From IMG/VR virus record IMGVR_UViG_3300031132_000335: DNA of 64,000 bases; one strand, written 5' to 3'. This stretch comes from an uncultured virus (IMG/VR IMGVR_UViG_3300031132_000335) (taxonomy: Duplodnaviria; Heunggongvirae; Uroviricota; Caudoviricetes). The position numbers and the translations under genes are program-made. This document shows positions 50,191 to 58,870 of this stretch, piece by piece. Within the stretch, counting starts at the first letter, position 1. Each line of letters begins with the position of its first letter. The notes under the pieces were generated by a model. That model searched no databases. It saw nothing but the letters and a program-made list of their open reading frames with translations, and was not told the DNA's origin.

Positions 50191-50490
50191 ATGTTGAACG
50201 CCCAGCAGGTAGCTACCGCCCAGAACCGCTTACGCATGCCAAGCCGTAAGGATGAGGCGGAGTACGCCGCAACCATACAGAAGTCCAATGAGCTGGAAGA
50301 GCAGTTCATCCAGTACCTCCACCACACGCACGGACGCGGCCTTCCAGAGAGCGTGCAGAAGGAAATCTACGAGCGCGCTCAGTGGTACGGGGATGGGTAT
50401 ACCTACGAGGAGTTGGAGTCCTACTACAAACGGGACGCTGACTGGCTCCGTGAAGCTATCGCTGCTGTCCAGAGCGAGACCAAAGCCTGA
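50191..50490 (+). CDS. helical paralogue family member 1
   Basis: MLNA..QFIQYL..HG..A..G.GY. Confidence 0.8.
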   Translation: MLNAQQVATAQNRLRMPSRKDEAEYAATIQKSNELEEQFIQYLHHTHGRGLPESVQKEIYERAQWYGDGYTYEELESYYKRDADWLREAIAAVQSETKA

Positions 50491-50605
50491 GCGTTCCCTG
50501 AATTTTTAGTTTTGGGTTGCATCCGAGTTGGCAGGTGTGTACTGTGGGTATCACCGCAGCGGCGAACGGATCGCTTCGGAAAAGACGAACAGGAAGAAGA
50601 ACCTC

Positions 50606-50890
50606 ATGCTGAACGCCAATGAACTCAACGAGGCCATCAAGAACCTCAACTACCCTTACGGCAAGAAAGGGTTCGAAGTACACAACGAGTACGCTCGTCA
50701 GGAGCGTGAGCTGGTTGCCCAGTTCCACGCCTACCTGGACGAGGAGCACGGCTACGACCTGAACGGGCAGCAGCAGAAGACCGCCCACCAGTTCGCCTAC
50801 AACGCGAGCAACGGTAGCGGCTACCACGACTACGAGGCTCAGTACATTGAGGCGACTGAGTTCGCGCGGGAGATTCTCGCCACCGCGTAA
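50606..50890 (+). CDS. helical paralogue family member 2
   Basis: QFHAYLDEEHG..NGSGYHDYE. Confidence 0.8.
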   Translation: MLNANELNEAIKNLNYPYGKKGFEVHNEYARQERELVAQFHAYLDEEHGYDLNGQQQKTAHQFAYNASNGSGYHDYEAQYIEATEFAREILATA

Positions 50891-51016
50891 CACAAGCGAC
50901 AAACCAGGAAAGTCCAAGTCTGGAATATGGCTTGGACTTTCCTGGTTACACGATCAGTACTGAACAGGTACCATGAGCAGTACATTTTTGATAAGAACAA
51001 CCAGAGGAGAATCATT

Positions 51017-51292
51017 ATGATGATTGGCATTGAAGCGGACCAGGCTTCCCGTAGTCTGAGCGACCTGTACTACTCTGACCGTGATGAGTACCGTCGCCAG
51101 CAGGCAGACATCAAGGCGCAGTTTACTGAGGCCATGCATTGCCAGACGGAAGACCTTCCTGAGGCAGTTCGGACGCTCATGTTCCAGAAGGCATGGGATG
51201 ACGGCCACGCTGGTGGTTACCATGAGGTTCAGAACCACTTTGAAGAGCTGGAAGATTTCGTTCGCAAGGTTGTTGACGAGGTATCCAAGTAG
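51017..51292 (+). CDS. helical paralogue family member 3
   Basis: KAWDDGHAGGYHEV. Confidence 0.8.
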   Translation: MMIGIEADQASRSLSDLYYSDRDEYRRQQADIKAQFTEAMHCQTEDLPEAVRTLMFQKAWDDGHAGGYHEVQNHFEELEDFVRKVVDEVSK

Positions 51293-51421
51293 CGCATGCA
51301 ACCCTTCATGTCAGTCATTTCTCTGCTGACATGAAGGGTTGCACAATCACCATTAGTCGTGTAGATTTGATATCGCAGCGAACAACAATTCACTGAACAA
51401 TGAAACCGAAAGAAGAGCATC

Positions 51422-51706
51422 ATGCTTGATTCCGCCGCAGTTGATGAGGCCATTCGCAATCTTCCCTTCCCTGGGTATGGTGTCTCAGACGAACTCACTG
51501 CGTACCTGTGGAAGGAGAAGGAACTCACAGACCAGTTCCATGAGTACCTGAACTTCCAGTACGGCGATGGGTTGAATGAATTCCAGCAGCGACGAGTGCA
51601 TGCTTTCACGCTCAACGCATGGAATGGCACTGACTACTCTGACTACGAGGCTCACTACGCGGCAGCAGCACAGCTTGTCCGTGAAGCTCTGTCTGAGGTT
51701 CAGTAA
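51422..51706 (+). CDS. helical paralogue family member 4
   Basis: Close to 50606 (DEAIRNLPFP..QFHEYL). Confidence 0.8.
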   Translation: MLDSAAVDEAIRNLPFPGYGVSDELTAYLWKEKELTDQFHEYLNFQYGDGLNEFQQRRVHAFTLNAWNGTDYSDYEAHYAAAAQLVREALSEVQ

Positions 51707-51841
51707 CACTCAGGAAGAAGTGCATTCTTCCTCCCAGCCTGATGAAGGTCTGTAAAAAGACATGAAGGCTGTGATCTTGTTGGTACGGTGGAAAGAAGCT
51801 TTGGGTAAGCAATCCACCACCCAAACAAGAAGGAGAGCATC

Positions 51842-52123
51842 ATGCTCAACACACATGAATACCACGTAACTTTCAACGCAGCTCTTCGTGAGCGTTACCG
51901 CAGGGAAACGACAAGCGAAGAGCTGGCAGAGAAGATAGAAGCAATCAAGGTTCAGTACCGCGATTACCTGGACTTTACGTTCGGAGCGGAGCTGAACACA
52001 GCACAGCTTGACTTGGCGTACCATTTCGCAGAGAACAACTACTGCGGTGAAGATGGCATGACATTGGAGGACCGTTTCTCCGAAGTCTGCGACTTGATGC
52101 GAGCTGCATTCGCTGCACAGTGA
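51842..52123 (+). CDS. helical paralogue family member 5
   Basis: QYRDYLDFTFG.ELN..Q..AY.FA. Confidence 0.75.
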   Translation: MLNTHEYHVTFNAALRERYRRETTSEELAEKIEAIKVQYRDYLDFTFGAELNTAQLDLAYHFAENNYCGEDGMTLEDRFSEVCDLMRAAFAAQ

Positions 52124-52200
52124 GAACAAGAGGGAGACAAGGCCAATAAAGGTCTCGTCTCCCTCTTGTGTTTCCAGGAGTCACATGTTACGATCAACCT

Positions 52201-52824
52201 ATGACTGCACAGAATGACACGCTGCGGAAGCAGCTCGGTATCATCATCGCTGAGGGTGACCAGAACGACCATGCGTTCATCCTCACCGCACTTCAAGCTG
52301 CCTCTGATGCTTTGCGTGGAGCTGACCTGACGATTGACTGGCTCCGCAAGGACTGGGCAAAGCACAAGAACGAGCTGGATGAGTGGACTCCGAACGAGGT
52401 GTCCTACGGCATCCTGAACAGCTCTGATGCGCCGCGTGACCTGGTTGCGTTCCATCAGCCTGAGCCTGTCCGCTACCGTGTTCCTGAGGACGCAGCGACG
52501 GACCTGGCTGGTGGGTTCATCCGCAAGGTTGGAAAGTACGTCTCTGTGCACAAGCCGCTTGCCTTCGCACTGTCGGAGGAGGATGCAGCAGAGCGCTGGG
52601 AGCTGGGCCGCTTCTCCTACGACGAGACCGCTGTCGGCGTGGACGCATCTGATGTTCTCGCAGCTCGGGTGGATGACGCTCGTCGTGAACCGAGCGGGAT
52701 GCTGATTCCTCTGGACCTGGCGGATGGTGTCACGTGCCCGAACAAGCACGTCCTCGCTTCGGCACAGCTACTTCGGAAGCAGGCAGAGCAATTGGTGCTG
52801 ACGCTTACTCCCGAAGAGGACTAA
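52201..52824 (+). CDS. hypothetical protein (leaderless)
   Basis: TACGAT-6nt-ATG. Confidence 0.75.
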   Translation: MTAQNDTLRKQLGIIIAEGDQNDHAFILTALQAASDALRGADLTIDWLRKDWAKHKNELDEWTPNEVSYGILNSSDAPRDLVAFHQPEPVRYRVPEDAATDLAGGFIRKVGKYVSVHKPLAFALSEEDAAERWELGRFSYDETAVGVDASDVLAARVDDARREPSGMLIPLDLADGVTCPNKHVLASAQLLRKQAEQLVLTLTPEED

Positions 52825-52980
52825 GCCCTTCTATTCAAGGAGGAGGTAGCCAGAAATGGTTACCTCCTCCTTTTGTTTACCCTTTCGTAAAAAGACATGA
52901 GTAACGCCCTATGAAAATGGGATGAGAAAAATCCATTTGGTAGAATAGGTCTTATCCCCAATTCTTCCCAGGAGTTTCCA

Positions 52981-54081
52981 TTGTCCCAACCTGTCTACGG
53001 CATCGTAAATAGTAACCGCGATTTGACAAAGGAATCATCCTGGGGCAAGAACCAGTTCAATAACTTCATGCCTGTCGCCTTACTGAGTTGGATGAACGAT
53101 AACGATTACACCATTGGTGAAATCAGTCTGACTGACGAGCTAACCCCGAAGAACACTTCACGCATTCCGTCAGAAGTCTTCCCGTATCTGAGCCAGGAGC
53201 ACAAGAACCTCCGCTACGACTTTGAAGCGGAAGCTGACACCTCACTAGTTGACCCGAGCTATCATCTGCGCCATGACTGCGTGGTCAAAAACTTTACGAC
53301 CCAAGAGTCTTTGGCAGCTCTGGAAGTCAAGCTCACAACCTTCCCTGACTTCTCTACCCAGAACCTCCCTAGAGAGCAGATGGGGTCTGAGCTGGTTGTG
53401 CGCCCTGACACTATCGTCGGCATTGCTGACAGTGTAGCCGCACGGAATACGCTAGCTGATAAAGCGCTTGAAGCTGTTCAAAAAGTAGCAGCGTCTGTTC
53501 GTGAAGCAGGTAATGATGCAGCAGCTCAAACAAACCTCCTCCCTTCGGTCCATACTGCGGTGTCAGCTATCTTACGGAACGCTCATAAGCAGCAGAAGCC
53601 CACCCTTCTCCAAGCCATTTGGAACACAATGGGCGAGCAAAACGAGACAGACGGGGTGAAGAACTTCACTGACATCTTCGTATGGACAGACAGCGCTCTC
53701 CTGCACCTCTGCCTAGACGCGAAGCTCACCTCTCTCACGAGGTCCCAGAGGTCACTAGTGTGGTTCCTCCTGATGTGGGATGACGCAGTGCAGAACAAGC
53801 TCATCACTCCTGACTCAGTAATCAACACATTCACCTTCTCCACGAAGAACGACAAAGCGTTCTCTGTTGGTGGGAAGACGACGAACCGCTACTTGCGCAG
53901 TGAAAGGCTTGTAGCTCCGTCCGTGCCAGAGCGAGTCCTCTACAATGACATCACTGATGTGGAGCACATCCGCTATTTGAAGCCTGAGCGCCGGTTAGAT
54001 GCTTGGCTGGACTCCCGAGCTGACTTGTTCGTTCTCCTAGACGACGATGAAGAGGATGAGGTCCTCGGCGAGTTGGAGTGA
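52981..54081 (+). CDS. HindVP-family type II restriction endonuclease (family recognises GRCGYC)
   Basis: NSNRD..SWGKNQFN N-terminus; HD..LEVKLT PD-(D/E)XK core; GSELVVRPDTI; KNDKAF; PERRLDA C-terminus; AGGAG RBS with TTG start. Confidence 0.85.
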   Translation: MSQPVYGIVNSNRDLTKESSWGKNQFNNFMPVALLSWMNDNDYTIGEISLTDELTPKNTSRIPSEVFPYLSQEHKNLRYDFEAEADTSLVDPSYHLRHDCVVKNFTTQESLAALEVKLTTFPDFSTQNLPREQMGSELVVRPDTIVGIADSVAARNTLADKALEAVQKVAASVREAGNDAAAQTNLLPSVHTAVSAILRNAHKQQKPTLLQAIWNTMGEQNETDGVKNFTDIFVWTDSALLHLCLDAKLTSLTRSQRSLVWFLLMWDDAVQNKLITPDSVINTFTFSTKNDKAFSVGGKTTNRYLRSERLVAPSVPERVLYNDITDVEHIRYLKPERRLDAWLDSRADLFVLLDDDEEDEVLGELE

Positions 54082-54570
54082 GCGGAAACTCTTCTTCTTT
54101 TTGACGACATCGCCGGTTGGTTCAGCTCTGACCGGTGATGTCGTTCTTTGCTATAGCTCGCCAGCTACAGGTCCGACACCACCGGTCAGCTCCGTCACTA
54201 TATAAAAGGGGGTCTAATGGTTTGGTTACCCTCTCACTTCCGCATGAAATCAACGAAGTAGGCGGTTGTAATAGTAGCAAAAGACGGAAATTTTTTGACT
54301 TGCTACCAGGTCGGAGTATGGTCTCAGCTCCGCTTCCGGTGGATGGAGCTGGCCCCGCAAATAGATCAGGAACAGCTCGGACCGGGCCATATAAAGAGGG
54401 GTCTAATGAGAGGCCCTGCCCGTACTTCGTTGATTTCATGCGGATCGGGGAAGCACATGGCTGACAAAAGACGGCAAAATGAGAGCTTCCGCGTGGTTGC
54501 ATGTGGGCTCTGCCGGGCCGGCATTCGTTGTGAGGAGCTCGCTAGAAGGAACTCGTGGGGAGCTCTTAGA

Positions 54571-54620
54571 CGCTAGACAGCCGGTGAGCTCCTCACATGG
54601 AACTCACCGGCTGTCTAGCG
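54571..54620 (-). terminator. 18-bp perfect hairpin downstream of rpmJ
   Basis: CGCTAGACAGCCGGTGAG-N14-CTCACCGGCTGTCTAGCG. Confidence 0.6.
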
Positions 54621-54634
54621 CAGGGGGCTTCTGG

Positions 54635-54751
54635 TTAGCCCTGACGCTGCTTGTGACGAGGGTTGGCAGCGCAGATGACCTGGACAACACCATTACGCCT
54701 GATGGTGCGGCACTGGTCGCACTGAGGCTTCACGCTTGGACTGACTTTCAT
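54635..54751 (-). CDS. rpmJ: 50S ribosomal protein bL36 (Zn-ribbon type)
   Basis: Hand translation [38 protein letters not shown] (38 aa); intact CxxC..CxxxxxH; AAGGAG RBS. Confidence 0.95.
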   Translation of the reverse strand: MKVSPSVKPQCDQCRTIRRNGVVQVICAANPRHKQRQG

Positions 54752-54874
54752 GAGCTTCTCCTTTCCTCCTGCTTCAACGCAGGAGAGAGGTCTTTCATTC
54801 CTCCTATGTTAGAGGGCATGAAAAAAGACACGAGTAGCAAGGTACGCTACTCGTGTCTTTCAGTAGAGGGGGTA

Positions 54875-55090
54875 TTAGCTGAACGTCGGAGGGGAAGGAA
54901 CCAGCTCCTTGCTCACCAGACGGCTCATGATGGTGAGAACGTGCTTCTCCGCCTCATCCTTGTCCAGACCGAGAGTGCCGTATGCAATCATCTCCGCCTG
55001 TCCGCGCACGTAGTTCCAGTGCGAGGTCTTCTGCATGTTGGCCTGCTCACACAGCGAACGACCGAGCAGCAGCATCTGGTAGTAGTCCAT
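54875..55090 (-). CDS. hypothetical protein
   Basis: ORF with downstream hairpin. Confidence 0.6.
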   Translation of the reverse strand: MDYYQMLLLGRSLCEQANMQKTSHWNYVRGQAEMIAYGTLGLDKDEAEKHVLTIMSRLVSKELVPSPPTFS

Positions 55091-55216
55091 GATTTTTTCT
55101 CTTCTCTCTCAATATGAGCTGCGGTATCAGCTCATGTCTCCACACTACCAGGCACCTCTGACAAACACAAATGAGGGGAGCTACCAGTCTTGGTAGCTCC
55201 CCTCATTCAGGGTGAC

Positions 55217-55471
55217 TCAGGCGGTTGCTCGCTTCATGAGGACTCCGCAGTACACGATGAAACTCATGCCAAGCAGCACAGCGGTCAAAAGCGGAAGCAG
55301 CACCATAGCCCACAGCAGCGGGCTGATGACGGTAGCGGACGGAGCAGCCAACCAGATGAACAGGGCGAGACCGAACGGAACCAGCAGGATTGAGCGGACA
55401 GCACGGTTGAATGCGTCACGGTGCTTGCTACGGACCGTGACCAGACGGGTAAGAAGATTCTTCACGAGCAT
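55217..55471 (-). CDS. membrane protein
   Basis: Two TM helices. Confidence 0.7.
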   Translation of the reverse strand: MLVKNLLTRLVTVRSKHRDAFNRAVRSILLVPFGLALFIWLAAPSATVISPLLWAMVLLPLLTAVLLGMSFIVYCGVLMKRATA

Positions 55472-55617
55472 GAGTAGGGGGTTCCTTTCTGTGGGACTTG
55501 ACCAGTCTAACCGTTTGAAGCTTCAACCTCAACTTGAAGGGGAAACAGTTACCGCTCTGTGACAAATAAAAACACGCCCTACCAGTTTGCAGTAGGGCGT
55601 GTTTTTATGAAGCTGAG

Positions 55618-55938
55618 TCAGCGGATGTAGCCAAGCATGTAGTCCACGACGAGCTGGGTTCCCTGCTCCGAGGGACCATCCTCACCCTTCGCCTTCACAA
55701 GGGCTGCCAGCATCACGATGTCATCCTGGGTCTCCACGTGGAGCATCCGCTCGCCATCCTCATCCAGCGCCTTACGGACAGCGGCTGCCTTGCCGTCCAG
55801 ACGAACGTAGTTGGTCATGTCCAGCGACTCGTTGTTACGCAGGGTCAGCAGGTTCTCTTCGGCCGAAGCGAGACGGTTGATGATGTCTTCTCGGAAGAGC
55901 GTGACCTTCGGGTCCTTGGTGTTGATGATGTTTTCCAT
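55618..55938 (-). CDS. hypothetical protein, related to 56041
   Basis: DPKVTLFREDII..RLDGKAAAV. Confidence 0.75.
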   Translation of the reverse strand: MENIINTKDPKVTLFREDIINRLASAEENLLTLRNNESLDMTNYVRLDGKAAAVRKALDEDGERMLHVETQDDIVMLAALVKAKGEDGPSEQGTQLVVDYMLGYIR

Positions 55939-56040
55939 GAGAGTAACTCCTTCTTGGTTTGAGGGAGTCTGTTCTACCCTCTATCTACGATCAGTGTAGC
56001 AGGGTAGAAGCTGGGATGTCCAGCCCTGCTACAACCGTTT

Positions 56041-56382
56041 TTAGTGGCGGTACTCGGAGATGATGTAGTTCGCTTCACTGATACCGCTCATCTTCGCTTT
56101 GTACTCATCGGTGAACCGCTCAGCAAGCGAAAATCCGAAGAATGACATGCGTCCCAGGAGAAGGCTCAGTGGGGCAGACTCGTTGTAACGGTTCAGGTTC
56201 TCCTGGACCTTCTCCTTGACAGCCTCCACACCTGCGACCTTACCGAGGAAGCGTGCACGAGCCTCTACCCCATTGCAACGGTCACGCATCTCAGTCAAAA
56301 GAGCGATGCGCTCATCCAACTTGCCGATGATTTCAGCGCGGAACTTCGTGGCCTTCGGGTCAGCCGTGAGGGTGTCAGTCAT
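56041..56382 (-). CDS. hypothetical protein, related to 55618
   Basis: DPKATKFRAEII..RFLGKVAGV. Confidence 0.75.
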   Translation of the reverse strand: MTDTLTADPKATKFRAEIIGKLDERIALLTEMRDRCNGVEARARFLGKVAGVEAVKEKVQENLNRYNESAPLSLLLGRMSFFGFSLAERFTDEYKAKMSGISEANYIISEYRH

Positions 56383-56442
56383 GAGGATTCCTGTCCGTTA
56401 TAAAGATGAGGAAGCGAGTGCTTCTTACTCAGTGTAACACGG

Positions 56443-56829
56443 TCAACCTGTGGTGGCAACTACTTGGATGGAAATCAGCTTCTTGTCCTCGTTGAAGGTT
56501 AGGTAGTCGCCTTTTCGGGTACGATCCCATTCGGTCTTGCTGAGCTGGTAGGTCTTGTGCTTATCCCCTGCGGTGATGACGACGAACCAACGGTCGGGGT
56601 AGCTGACTTCTTTACAAGCAGAGACTTTGACTGGCCCTCCAATGAGATGACATTCTTTCCCCAGATGAGCTGGGTCGTACCGCTTCTGGGAAAGGACACC
56701 TTCATGGATAGGCTTTGAGGAAACGAAAATGGCGCAGATGATCCCAATGAGAGCTATCAAAGCCAATACCATGACAATGCGGAACTTCCAGTCAACGTCA
56801 GGATCGTAGATTGATTGTTTCTCAGTCAT
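56443..56829 (-). CDS. membrane-anchored Cys-pair protein, paralogue 1
   Basis: TM + G.L..K..PA..C..C..PDRW..GDYLTF. Confidence 0.75.
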   Translation of the reverse strand: MTEKQSIYDPDVDWKFRIVMVLALIALIGIICAIFVSSKPIHEGVLSQKRYDPAHLGKECHLIGGPVKVSACKEVSYPDRWFVVITAGDKHKTYQLSKTEWDRTRKGDYLTFNEDKKLISIQVVATTG

Positions 56830-57217
56830 TGGATGTTCCGATGTTTTTGACAGCTTGCCCGTTGATGCTCGTGAGATGATGGTGCTTGAAGACCAGGTGA
56901 TCGCCTTTGCTTACCTGGTTCCATTCTTGTTGGCTGAGGTCAAAGTTGTTTCCCTTGTCTCCCTTGTTGATGATGACGTACCACTTGTCAGGAGAGTATT
57001 GTGTGCAAGACGTGGGTACTTTACCTGCCATGCAGGTGCCTTTATATTCATGAGCTGCGGAGAAGTTCTTCTCTGTCACTATCCCGTCCTGAGGTCCAGC
57101 CCACAATAAACGCAGTAAGAAGAACAAGCCGATGAGGGCGAACAGCACTGCAAGCAACCTGAGGTTTACTTTCCAGGCAGGGGTAGCGGCTTTTGGAGTT
57201 GAAGTTGTCTGACTCAT
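56822..57217 (-). CDS. membrane-anchored Cys-pair protein, paralogue 2
   Basis: PDKWYVII..GDHLVF. Confidence 0.75.
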   Translation of the reverse strand: MSQTTSTPKAATPAWKVNLRLLAVLFALIGLFFLLRLLWAGPQDGIVTEKNFSAAHEYKGTCMAGKVPTSCTQYSPDKWYVIINKGDKGNNFDLSQQEWNQVSKGDHLVFKHHHLTSINGQAVKNIGTSND

Positions 57218-57461
57218 GGGTTCTTTCGGTGAGACTGGCGAAGGTGTTCAGTCTACCGCAAAAGAAGAAGCTCTCTCATTTTGCAGCAACTAATTATGAA
57301 GGGAGGTAGATGGTGACCAGTCTGAAATGAGACGGAAAATGCATGCAAATGTTGCATTTGTCAGTGGATAGGTGTAAGCTCGCTCATGCAAGACAAAATC
57401 CAACAATTCAAAACGGGGTTACTTGAACGCCCGTCAACAACAACAAGGAAGAAGTAAGACC

Positions 57462-57776
57462 ATGAACAAGGCAACCTATCTTGAAAAGTTCGCTGCTACC
57501 AAGGTTACGGACGACATGACCGTTGGTGCAGCAAAGGTGGCAGAGAAGAACCGAAAGGCGCTGGTGCGCTTTTGGGAGAAGACTGCACGGGCATACATTG
57601 AGAAGACCGAAGGCGTTGACTTTGATGCCATTGAGGTGAACTGGCGTAGAGTCGCCACGAAGGCAAATGCGAACCCTACGGGGGCAGTCACCATTCAGGT
57701 GTTCGCCTGTGACCAGTATCAGGCAGACAAGCTGGAAAAGACGTACCGTGTGAACAAGAACGACCTTTACACCTAA
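57462..57776 (+). CDS. basic hypothetical protein
   Basis: Promoter and AAGGA RBS. Confidence 0.7.
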   Translation: MNKATYLEKFAATKVTDDMTVGAAKVAEKNRKALVRFWEKTARAYIEKTEGVDFDAIEVNWRRVATKANANPTGAVTIQVFACDQYQADKLEKTYRVNKNDLYT

Positions 57777-57918
57777 GAACTGCGAAGAGCGTGACAACCA
57801 GGCATTTCTGGTTGTCACGCTCTTTACTTTTCCTCACCGATCTTGTTGGCTGTGCAACCTGAGGTAAAAAGACAGAGACCTCAGCGAATACAAGCTGAGG
57901 TCTCTGTCTTTGAAAGAA

Positions 57919-58335
57919 CTACTGGGCGTTGACCGAGGTCAGGCTCTCTCCGTCAAAGGTGAGGTAATCACCTTCGTTGATGGTGTCCCACTTGTCCTGC
58001 GAAACCGAGAAGGAGTTCTTGTCGTCATCCTTGGCAATCGTCACGTTCCAGCTCTCAGGGTACGTGACAGGGGTGCAGATGGTGGTCTTACCGTCGTAGG
58101 AGTTGCACTGCATAGAAGTCGTTTCGGGCGTGTGGTCCTTCCCAACAACGCTTCCCTCGTGAATACCGCCCACATGAGCGGAGATAGCAACGATGTAGCC
58201 GACGATAAGGAGTACCGTACTGACCGCAAAAAAAGCCACGAAGCCTCCGATAACGAAGTTGACCTTGTCTTCCTTCCAGGACTCAGCCAGACGAGTGGTG
58301 AGGGGCGGCTTCGGCTTGGTCTGAGTGGCGTACAT
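57919..58335 (-). CDS. membrane-anchored Cys-pair protein, paralogue 3
   Basis: PESWNVTI..GDYLTF; cassette leader. Confidence 0.8.
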   Translation of the reverse strand: MYATQTKPKPPLTTRLAESWKEDKVNFVIGGFVAFFAVSTVLLIVGYIVAISAHVGGIHEGSVVGKDHTPETTSMQCNSYDGKTTICTPVTYPESWNVTIAKDDDKNSFSVSQDKWDTINEGDYLTFDGESLTSVNAQ

Positions 58336-58515
58336 GGTGTTCTCCTTGGAGTAGTTCTACGTGGGAGGCCCTTCCTCCCTGGCGATACCTACTCTACATA
58401 GATGGTTGTCCCTGTGCAACTGTTTTCACGAAAACTTTTCTGAGATTTCCCTGAGAGCGGACGCTGCCTCACCAATTCAGGGCCAGTTGACCACCAGGAG
58501 GGTCTTGCCTACTGC

Positions 58516-58794
58516 TCAGTTCACAGTGTGAGCTACCAACAGCCCACCAGCGGAGACAAGACCAATCAGGAAGAACGATGCAGAGACCCACATGATGCTC
58601 CGCAACGCTCCACCCAACGTGGTATCAATCCAAGCTTCGTACTCTTCAACAGCTTTGTCATCGTCATGCTCAATGATGCCTGTAACAAACCCGAGCCGAA
58701 TCATGAAGCTCACGTACAGCGTCACGCTGACCAGAGCTGTCACCAACGAAATGCCAGTAACCCAGCAGGCAAGCATCAGAAGCTGGATAATCAT
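58516..58794 (-). CDS. membrane protein
   Basis: Two TM helices. Confidence 0.65.
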   Translation of the reverse strand: MIIQLLMLACWVTGISLVTALVSVTLYVSFMIRLGFVTGIIEHDDDKAVEEYEAWIDTTLGGALRSIMWVSASFFLIGLVSAGGLLVAHTVN

Positions 58795-58870
58795 GAGGGC
58801 CTTTCGGGGTGTTTGGAGGAGGGGTAAAAGATCAACGTTCCACAGAGGTGATTCTGTGGAACGTCAGGGT

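Larger units (their letters stand above)
692..58380. repeat. Dispersed 5'-leader hairpin repeat GGGAGG-AACAG-CCTCCC (~50 copies), always just upstream of RBS+start and oriented with the gene
   Basis: Copies at approx. +1616,2995,3431,3764,4326,4854,5738,6105,6633,7172,7451,7987,8265,8733,9263,9829,10243,10856,11240,11536,12346,33803,39025,39439,41728 and -692,13617,13913,14314,14736,15423,15727,16988,21085,21390,21792,22246,23779,24126,24572,26140,26717,29564,30466,33117,36229,45025,58363. Confidence 0.95.

Noticed and set aside
52201..52824. Cognate methyltransferase for the REase
   Set aside because: Lacks FxGxG, PC/ENV or DPPY motifs and is too short.
54122..55117. ORF-track ORFs 54122-54502, 54135-54464 and 54479-55117
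   Set aside because: No RBS or codon bias. The last is antisense to rpmJ and the 54875 gene.
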